A stretch of DNA of 64,000 nt from an uncultured Desulfurococcales archaeon (GTDB lineage Archaea > Thermoproteota > Thermoprotei_A > Sulfolobales > WANQ01): assembly GCA_964467535.1 (NCBI GenBank), contig CAYXRT010000002.1, positions 119,387 to 183,386 on the forward strand, written 5' to 3'. Of this stretch, positions 57,141-64,000 are shown piece after piece (the stretch's first letter is position 1; every line of letters starts with the position of its first letter). The position numbers and the translations under genes are program-made. Below the pieces are notes generated by a model. It ran no database searches. It was not told the origin of the DNA and saw only the letters and a list, made by a program, of their open reading frames with translations.

Positions 57141-57483
57141 TTGAGGTAATATTTACTAAGAAGAAATACGCATATGTATCATAGATTGTTATCCAAGCTA
57201 TAAACCAAGCTAGAAAATACATGAATATACCTTTACCAAAAAGTATCCAGCCCTTCTTAACCTTCAATAACACATATACTAGTGGAATAGATAGAGCATA
57301 TATGGTAAATGCTATTCCCCAGGCATAAATAGAATAGATAATGGTTCCAGTTAGTGGGGTTATATATACATCTATAACAAAGCATAGGATTCCTGCAATA
57401 ATCCCCATAATAGTTCTCAATATTAAGACCTTACCTTCAATGCCTAATTCTCTAACTAACTGTTTAAACCTTAGTGACATCAT
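57133..57483 (-). CDS. Small membrane protein
   Basis: 116 aa with 3-4 hydrophobic helices. Confidence 0.5.
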   Translation of the reverse strand: MMSLRFKQLVRELGIEGKVLILRTIMGIIAGILCFVIDVYITPLTGTIIYSIYAWGIAFTIYALSIPLVYVLLKVKKGWILFGKGIFMYFLAWFIAWITIYDTYAYFFLVNITSTK

Positions 57484-57502
57484 TTACCACCAGGGGGTGT
57501 AG

Positions 57503-59485
57503 GTGATCAAACCAAAAACATCAATGACAAATATAGATGTTGCAGCATGGGTTTCGGAAACCCAGGAAATCATAATAGGAAGCAGGATAATTAACATTTA
57601 CCAACTAGAAGAAAATACGTATCTAATGAAAATACATAGTCGTGTAGGAGAGAAAATAAACATAGTAATAGAGCCATCACGTAGAATACATATAACTAGG
57701 TATGTAAAGGAAGCTGACTATAAGACCATACCACCAATAGTAGCTAAGCTTAGAAAACATTTAAGAGGAGGTATAATTAAAGATGTTTATCAGTTAGGCT
57801 TAGATAGAATAGTAATATTCGAAGTAATTAAAGCAAATACCCTTTACAAGCTAATAATCGAGTTAATACCAAGAGGAGTTCTTATACTAACTAATGGCGA
57901 AGAAAATATAGTAATGGCTTCAAAATACATGGAATTAAAGGATAGAGCAATACGCGTCGGAATTAAATATAAACCTCCACCACCATCAACTAATATGCTT
58001 CAAATAGATATTAGTGAATTTAAGACTCTTCTATATAAAGGAGTTGATATCGTAAGGGGATTGGTTAAATATATTGGATTACCAGGTGAAGTAGCTGAAG
58101 ATATATTAGCAAGATTAAATATCCGGAAAACTCTAAACCCCAAAGAACTATCTCATGATGACTGTAATAAGCTGTACAATTATATAAAGAACTTTATAAT
58201 TGAAATAAAGGAAAAGAAAAACATAAAACCATGTCACATAATTGTTGATGAAAAGCCTATAACGGTTCTTCCATTTAGTCCTGTAAAGATACCTAAAGAA
58301 GCAAAAATTAAAGAGTTTAGTAATTTTAATGATGCACTTGATGAGTATTTTACAGCAGCATTAAAGGAGCAACTAGCTGAAAAGGAGCTAAAGGAACTAC
58401 AAACCAAAATTAAGAAACTTGAAAAAAGCATAGTAGAACAAGAAAAACAACTCCATAAACATATAGAGGAGCTAGAGAAGAGGAGAAAGGTACTACAAAA
58501 AATATATGAAAAATACGCTGACCTAGAGAACCTATGGAATAGAGTCCTAGAATCGTTTAACCAAAGTAGATGGAATGGATTAAAGAAATTCCGTGAAATA
58601 GTAGAAGTAAATAAGCGTAAAGGTATAGTAGGGGTAAAGATAAATGACCTTAAGGCAGAGCTTGACATTAGAAAGAGCTTTCACGAAAACGTTATTGAGC
58701 TACAGCAAAAGGTAAAGGAACTTGAAAGAAAAATAGAAAGGATAAAAGAAGCCATTAGGGAAGTTAAGAAAAAGAAAGAAAAGATCAAAGTTGAGGGTGT
58801 TGAAGTAAGAAAAAGAATAGAATTGAAGATAAGGAAAAAGGAATGGTTTGAAAAATATCATTGGATTATTACAACTAATGGATTTTTAGCTATTGGTGGC
58901 AGAAATGCTGAACAAAATGAATCAATTGTTAGAAGATATTTGGAAGACAAAGACATATTTATACATGCCGACATCCATGGTGCTCCAGCAGTAATATTAA
59001 AGACCATGAATAAAGAACCAAAAGATGAAGATATAAAAGACGCTGCATTGATAGCAGCTGCATATAGTAGGGCATGGAAAGAGGGATTAATGAGTATAGA
59101 TGTCTTCTGGGTCAAGGGCTCACAAGTATCAAAGACGCCACCTCCAGGAGAATACCTAGCTAAAGGGGCATTCATGATATATGGAAAGAAGAACTACATA
59201 AGAAATGTAGAGCTTAAACTAGCTATAGGCATAAGGCTAAGTAGAGAGGAATATAAGGTAATAATTGGACCCGAGGAACTAATAAGTAAGCAAGCTATAT
59301 GTTATGCGGTAATCATACCCGGCGATATAGAAGTACCTAGTCTAGCAAAAGCATTATTGAATATGTGGATACGTAAATGTAGAGATGAAGAACTTAAAAT
59401 GCTTATAAAGAATGTGAATATCAACGACATTATTCAAAGAATTCCTGGTAAATCCAAAATATTAAAAGTAGAGTGTTACTGTTAG
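57503..59485 (+). CDS. NFACT-family protein (Rqc2/NEMF/FbpA homolog, ribosome quality control)
   Basis: 660 aa. An N-terminal NFACT-N, a central coiled coil, and a C-terminal DUF814/NFACT-R segment (YHWIITTNGFLAIGGRNAEQNE..IFIHADIHGAPAVILK). Confidence 0.85.
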   Translation: MIKPKTSMTNIDVAAWVSETQEIIIGSRIINIYQLEENTYLMKIHSRVGEKINIVIEPSRRIHITRYVKEADYKTIPPIVAKLRKHLRGGIIKDVYQLGLDRIVIFEVIKANTLYKLIIELIPRGVLILTNGEENIVMASKYMELKDRAIRVGIKYKPPPPSTNMLQIDISEFKTLLYKGVDIVRGLVKYIGLPGEVAEDILARLNIRKTLNPKELSHDDCNKLYNYIKNFIIEIKEKKNIKPCHIIVDEKPITVLPFSPVKIPKEAKIKEFSNFNDALDEYFTAALKEQLAEKELKELQTKIKKLEKSIVEQEKQLHKHIEELEKRRKVLQKIYEKYADLENLWNRVLESFNQSRWNGLKKFREIVEVNKRKGIVGVKINDLKAELDIRKSFHENVIELQQKVKELERKIERIKEAIREVKKKKEKIKVEGVEVRKRIELKIRKKEWFEKYHWIITTNGFLAIGGRNAEQNESIVRRYLEDKDIFIHADIHGAPAVILKTMNKEPKDEDIKDAALIAAAYSRAWKEGLMSIDVFWVKGSQVSKTPPPGEYLAKGAFMIYGKKNYIRNVELKLAIGIRLSREEYKVIIGPEELISKQAICYAVIIPGDIEVPSLAKALLNMWIRKCRDEELKMLIKNVNINDIIQRIPGKSKILKVECYC

Positions 59486-59529
59486 GATAATGGAGGATCT
59501 AAATATGATGCTAAGTGGGGGTATAAGGG

Positions 59530-59949
59530 GTGAGCGTTAGATTAAAGGTTAGAGATATAATGTCTTCACCAGTAGTAACGGCAACTCCTAATACAAGTGT
59601 CTTTGAGATAGCTAAGAAAATGAGTGAAGAAAATATTGGAAGCGTTGTAATAGTAAATGAGGTAGGAGAGGTAGTAGGTATAGTAACAGAAAATGATCTT
59701 ATAAGAAGAGTTCTTGCCAAAGGAAAAGATCCTTTTAGAACCAAGGCAAGTGAGGTAATGACTTCACCAGTAATACATATTTCACCTGATATGGACCTAA
59801 AAGATGCAGCTAGCTTAATGGTATCTAAAAATATAGGACATTTAGTTGTTATTGAGAATAACAAATTGGTGGGTATTATAGCAGAATACGATATACTAAG
59901 ACTTGCACCAAATTTACTTGAGGTACTTTATTTAAGGAGACGCAGATAA
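59530..59949 (+). CDS. CBS-pair (Bateman) domain protein
   Basis: 139 aa with two CBS motifs (VRDIMSSPVVTATP..GIVTENDLIRRV; SEVMTSPVIHISPD..GIIAEYDILRL). RRRR tail. Confidence 0.85.
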   Translation: MSVRLKVRDIMSSPVVTATPNTSVFEIAKKMSEENIGSVVIVNEVGEVVGIVTENDLIRRVLAKGKDPFRTKASEVMTSPVIHISPDMDLKDAASLMVSKNIGHLVVIENNKLVGIIAEYDILRLAPNLLEVLYLRRRR

Positions 59950-60033
59950 CATAACTAAACATATCACTTCAGCTTAGATCTACCTAAATTTAAATTACTT
60001 AGGAACCTAATATTATACTGGGGCAGATCTATT

Positions 60034-60843
60034 TTGGATATAGCTCAAGCTTCTATTCTTCATTATTATAATCGTAGGCACCCATTTATAAGACCGAAAG
60101 AGTTAGCTACAAAGGCTCGAAAAATATTTAGAAAATTAAAAATAAGATTTTTACCTGTTGTCGAAGAGCAAAGGTTATTAGGAGTTGTAACCAGAGAAAG
60201 AGTGCTTCTAATATCATCAACTCGTTCTAACGCTAGAGTTTCAGATATAATGATTGAACCTAAAGTTACACTTACTCCTCAAACAATTGTTTTAGAAGCA
60301 TTAAAAACTATGTTAAGCGTAGATGAATGGTATGCGCCAGTGATAGATGAAAACGGAAACTACCTAGGGGTATTTGGTTTAGAAGACATAATTACAGTAC
60401 TAGTAGAAAATAGTCATCCATCACTTAACGTAGAAGTAAGTAAATACATGACAAAAGATGTAGTGTACGTTAATAGTAAAGATCATATAACAAGGCTTTG
60501 GAATAAGATGGTTAGGTATAGATATGTAGGATTCCCTGTAGTTAATGATGAAGGTAAACTTGTTGGTGTAGTAACGCAGTATGATTTAATTAAACATGGG
60601 TTTACACGAATAGATTTTGAGTCAGAAACTGGGCCACGAAAAGGACCTAAGATAGAGGAGATAATGTCAACTCCTCCCATAACTATAAAGTCTTCAGCTA
60701 CAATGCTTGAAGCAGCTGAAACCCTAATAAGTTATGGTATTGGAAGGATAATTGTAGTTGATGATAAAGGTAATATGTGTGGAATAATCGACAGGGAAGA
60801 CATTATAAGAGCTTATCTAAAATACATAGGTATGGGAGAGTAA
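60034..60843 (+). CDS. CBS-domain-only protein (about four CBS motifs)
   Basis: 269 aa with a TTG start. Repeated ..GVVTRERVL.., ..GVFGLEDII.., ..GVVTQYDLI.., ..GIIDREDII.. CBS cores. No other domain. Confidence 0.8.
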   Translation: MDIAQASILHYYNRRHPFIRPKELATKARKIFRKLKIRFLPVVEEQRLLGVVTRERVLLISSTRSNARVSDIMIEPKVTLTPQTIVLEALKTMLSVDEWYAPVIDENGNYLGVFGLEDIITVLVENSHPSLNVEVSKYMTKDVVYVNSKDHITRLWNKMVRYRYVGFPVVNDEGKLVGVVTQYDLIKHGFTRIDFESETGPRKGPKIEEIMSTPPITIKSSATMLEAAETLISYGIGRIIVVDDKGNMCGIIDREDIIRAYLKYIGMGE

Positions 60844-60848
60844 AGGCT

Positions 60849-61796
60849 ATGTATAGGAGTTTTACTACGTTTAAATCATTCAAAAGAGTTGAAGGATATC
60901 GTTGGCTTAGAAGTAATGGTAAACCCAGTTTTACGAGCTATATCTATGAAAGAGAAGGTGATATAGTATACGTAATGACAACACCCGTATACACAGTAGC
61001 ACCAACAACACCTGTAAGAGAAGTAGCAAGGATAATGACCACTCATGATATAAGATCTATCCCAATAGCAGATGCTAGAAAAGTCATTAAGGGGATAGTA
61101 GTCGCAATGGATCTTGTCAATTACCTCGGTGGAGGTAACCTCTATGAAATAGTTAAAGTAAAGCACGGCGATAACATCTATAGTGCACTTGATGAACCGG
61201 TAAACTCGTTAATGAATGATAGACCTATAATTATATCAATTAGCGATTCCATAGTCAAAGCTCTTGAAAAAATGATTACGGAGAATGTAGGCGTATTACC
61301 TGTTGTCTCAGATGATGGTAAGGTTAGAGGTATAGTAACTGAGAGGGACCTAGTCAAGCACTTTATAGAGCCTAGACAGTGGAATATAATAGTAGAAGAC
61401 ATTATGAGCAAGAACGTGATAACAATCCGACGTGATGCTACATTAATTGATGCTGCTGAAATAATGGTTAAATTAAAGATAAGAAGATTGCCGGTCATTA
61501 ATGTCAAGGGGGAAGTAATGGGAATGTTAACGGCAAAAGATTATGTAAGATTCTTTGGAACTAATAGAGTATTTAAGAAGATAGTTAGGGGAGAGCTCAA
61601 GGAAGCATTAAGGACTCCTGTAAGTGAAGTAATGAATGATAAAATAATTACCATAGAACCTTCCGCTGATATAGGTGAAGCTGCTAAGAAGATGTTAGAT
61701 AATGGTACTAGTAGCCTTCTAGTTACTAAGGATAATATGTTAGTAGGTATTATTACGGAAAAAGATCTAATATATGCAGTAGCCTTAAGTAGGTGA
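60849..61796 (+). CDS. CBS-domain-only protein (four CBS motifs)
   Basis: I prefer the ATG at 60849 (MYRSFTT..). The track start at 60777 would overlap the previous gene by 67 nt. CBS cores are GIVVAMDLV, GIVTERDLV, GMLTAKDYV, GIITEKDLI. Confidence 0.8.
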   Translation: MYRSFTTFKSFKRVEGYRWLRSNGKPSFTSYIYEREGDIVYVMTTPVYTVAPTTPVREVARIMTTHDIRSIPIADARKVIKGIVVAMDLVNYLGGGNLYEIVKVKHGDNIYSALDEPVNSLMNDRPIIISISDSIVKALEKMITENVGVLPVVSDDGKVRGIVTERDLVKHFIEPRQWNIIVEDIMSKNVITIRRDATLIDAAEIMVKLKIRRLPVINVKGEVMGMLTAKDYVRFFGTNRVFKKIVRGELKEALRTPVSEVMNDKIITIEPSADIGEAAKKMLDNGTSSLLVTKDNMLVGIITEKDLIYAVALSR

Positions 61797-62647
61797 GCAT
61801 ATTGGTTATCAGAATTTCATCATATATGACAACACCTGTAATTACAGCTAGACCTACAGATACACTAGCGCATGTAAGAAACCTCATGCTCAGACATAAA
61901 ATTGGGAGAGTAATTATAGTTCAAGGAGATAAGCCCGTAGGAATCGTAACAAAAACTGACTTCGTAAAAATCCTAGGCTTCCAAAGAAGAAAGCATAGAC
62001 CATTAGATGACATAACTGTTACCGAAGTTATGAGTAGAGAGCTTATAGTAGTTGAAAGGACTAAGAGTATTAAGACAGCTGCAAGAATTATGATTAAGCA
62101 TGGAATTAGCGGCCTACCTGTAGTTGATGAAAGAGGATCACTAGTTGGAATAATAACCTTGACAGACATAGTTAAAGCATATGCGGAGAATTTTCAAGGA
62201 AGATTAAAAGTAGGTCAGGTAATGAGAACAAAACCTACGACTGTAACCCCTCTACATAGTCTTTACCACGTAATTGAAGCCATCTCACGAGACGAAGCTA
62301 AGAAGGTAATAGTAGTTGATAGAGGTAAACCTGTAGGTGTGATAACACAATCAGATATTGTATTTTTAAGTATACCGTTTATGTATGCTATAAGGAGTAA
62401 AGTAAGGAAGAAGATGCTTATAGTAGAGAAAGATAGGATTGCAGCTATTAGGTTTTACATGGTACCAGTAGCATCAGATATTATGACGCCAAATCCCTTA
62501 ACAATAAGACCTGAAGAAGATCTATCATTGGCTGCACAAACTATGATAAAGAACAATATAAGCTGTTTACCAGTTGTAGACACTAATGATAACCTCCTAG
62601 GAATAGTTACAAAACTAGAAGTAGCTAAAGGCATAGCCAGGTTATAA
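61793..62647 (+). CDS. CBS-domain-only protein (four CBS motifs)
   Basis: 284 aa with a GTG start and a 4-nt overlap with the upstream gene. CBS cores are GIVTKTDFV, GIITLTDIV, GVITQSDIV, GIVTKLEVA. Confidence 0.8.
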   Translation: MSILVIRISSYMTTPVITARPTDTLAHVRNLMLRHKIGRVIIVQGDKPVGIVTKTDFVKILGFQRRKHRPLDDITVTEVMSRELIVVERTKSIKTAARIMIKHGISGLPVVDERGSLVGIITLTDIVKAYAENFQGRLKVGQVMRTKPTTVTPLHSLYHVIEAISRDEAKKVIVVDRGKPVGVITQSDIVFLSIPFMYAIRSKVRKKMLIVEKDRIAAIRFYMVPVASDIMTPNPLTIRPEEDLSLAAQTMIKNNISCLPVVDTNDNLLGIVTKLEVAKGIARL

Positions 62648-62655
62648 GAGAAACC

Positions 62656-63501
62656 ATGGATATTCACGGGTTGGTTAATATGTCTGAATTAGAAGTATTA
62701 AGGAACATTAAAGTAGCTGATGTAATGCTAAAAGATGTTCCAATTGTAAGTAAGGATGATACATTACCTCATGTAGTTAAAATTATGGATAAGTATGATA
62801 TTGATAGAGTTGTCATAGTTAAAAATCATAAACTATTAGGAATAGCTACAAGGAAAGATATCATAATAAAACTAGGAACCGCAAGAACATCAACCATATC
62901 TTCAGGTAGGTTACATATTTCAAGCTTTATGACACCAAATCCTATAACAATTCAACCCAAAGAAAGTATTGTTAATGCTGCTAAATTGATGATAGAGAAA
63001 AACATAAGCTCATTACCAGTAATTGAAGATGGTAAAATAGTTGGTTTATTAACTAAGTGGAACCTATTAGAGTCACTAAAGGAATCTGAAATTAAGCTAA
63101 AAGAGCTCATGAGGACCATACCAATATTACTTAAAACATCGGATAGAGTTATCCATGCGAGGAGGATAATGCTAGATTATGATGTAGAATTACTGCCTGT
63201 TTTAAATGAAATGAATAAGGTTGTAGGAACGGTATCAATCGATGAAATAGCATATGCCCTATTTCAATTACATGAACTAGTACCCGTAAGGTATAGAAAG
63301 GAGAGGATAATGAATCTACTATTAGAGGATGTAATGAGATTGAATCCACCGCTCTATACTCCTAGCTCAATATTAGGGGAAGCAGTTAAGGAGATGATTG
63401 ATAGAAGAATTAGAGGAGTTATTGTATTAGATGAAGTAGAAGAAAAACCGTTGGGTATGGTAACATTAACTGATATAACAAGATATATTGCTACATTATG
63501 A
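62656..63501 (+). CDS. CBS-domain-only protein (four CBS motifs)
   Basis: 281 aa. CBS cores are GIATRKDII, GLLTKWNLL, GTVSIDEIA, GMVTLTDIT. Confidence 0.8.
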   Translation: MDIHGLVNMSELEVLRNIKVADVMLKDVPIVSKDDTLPHVVKIMDKYDIDRVVIVKNHKLLGIATRKDIIIKLGTARTSTISSGRLHISSFMTPNPITIQPKESIVNAAKLMIEKNISSLPVIEDGKIVGLLTKWNLLESLKESEIKLKELMRTIPILLKTSDRVIHARRIMLDYDVELLPVLNEMNKVVGTVSIDEIAYALFQLHELVPVRYRKERIMNLLLEDVMRLNPPLYTPSSILGEAVKEMIDRRIRGVIVLDEVEEKPLGMVTLTDITRYIATL

Positions 63502-63574
63502 GATCCTCAAGGTAAAACTTTAATAGTATTCATGTTCAGTTATAATACCAAACCAATGATATGGCAGTAGGCAG

Positions 63575-64000
63575 ATGAGTGAGGAAGAGGTAAAGTTCGT
63601 AGTAGATACTATGCTAGGAGATCTAGCTAGATGGCTGAGAATGCTAGGGTACGATGTAGTATATTCACGTAAGTTAACTGACTGGCAAGTACTAAGAATA
63701 GCTGAGAAAGATAAAAGAATCATTTTAACTAGGGATAGAGGATTACATGCTAGAGCTCTAAGGAGGGGACTTAAGAGTATATTAATACTTTCAGATGATA
63801 TTGAAGATAGACTATATGCAGTAGCTAAAAGGTACAATATCAGGCTCTATATACTTTTTGATAAAACTCGTTGTCCGCTTTGTAATACACTTTTAATTAG
63901 AGTAGATAAAGAGAAAGTAAAAGGCGAAGTACCTGGACCTGTATATGAAAGATACTATGATTTCTGGAAATGCCCTAAGTGCGGTAAAGTATATTGGAGG
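63575..64000 (+). CDS. Mut7-C / DUF82 PIN-like RNase with C-terminal zinc ribbon (3' end beyond window)
   Basis: Not in the ORF track because no stop lies inside the window. My translation is MSEEEVKFVVDTMLGDLARWLRMLGYDVVY..RIILTRDRGL..RCPLCNTLL..FWKCPKCGKVYWR, the Mut7-C pattern. 142 codons are visible. Confidence 0.75.
   Translation, partial: MSEEEVKFVVDTMLGDLARWLRMLGYDVVYSRKLTDWQVLRIAEKDKRIILTRDRGLHARALRRGLKSILILSDDIEDRLYAVAKRYNIRLYILFDKTRCPLCNTLLIRVDKEKVKGEVPGPVYERYYDFWKCPKCGKVYWR

Noticed and set aside
63520-63837. 105-aa minus-strand ORF
   Set aside because: It is antisense to the open-ended plus-strand frame, which gives a clear Mut7-C pattern.
1-64000. CRISPR arrays, rRNA genes, canonical tRNA genes
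   Set aside because: Reading the intergenic regions, I found no regularly spaced direct repeats and no rRNA-like or cloverleaf-capable sequences. This visual scan is not exhaustive.

Overview
This is a visibly AT-rich, tightly packed archaeal chromosome segment of about 75 genes. I did not compute base composition. Crenarchaeal (Thermoprotei) hallmarks are ribosomal protein genes L3-L4-L23, an orphan L2, L13e, an Rpo13-like ORF, archaeal-type SAM synthetase, NucS, Rio2, a TIP49/RuvB-like ATPase, an Sm protein, wyosine-pathway genes and C/D box sRNAs. Most of the window is housekeeping. Four parts look accessory or unusual. (1) 0.35-8.0 kb holds a Ced-like operon of VirB2-like, VirB6-like and VirB4-like genes. 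It is transcribed divergently from a second operon that encodes a Zn-ribbon/PUA/PP-loop/2x[4Fe-4S] enzyme followed by a second, polytopic HerA/FtsK-type ATPase. This is my best candidate for an incompletely described system. (2) 20.5-25 kb is a mobile-element graveyard. It contains a zinc-finger-less TnpB-like gene with one in-frame TAG, a coupled small ORF and a 61-nt imperfect palindrome. It also contains an IS607-type tnpA with two nonsense codons, a truncated tnpB and a frameshifted LAGLIDADG endonuclease. (3) 25.8-31.3 kb is a patch with a penicillin-acylase-family protein, a CPBP protease, a degenerate amidohydrolase and two hypotheticals. (4) 59.5-64 kb has five consecutive CBS-domain-only genes followed by a Mut7-C/PIN-like RNase gene that runs off the window. 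The conserved L3-L4-L23-L2 operon is broken, and L2 sits inverted downstream of hisS. I recognised no CRISPR array, rRNA gene or tRNA gene. All family assignments come from motif reading and memory. No searches or alignments were run.
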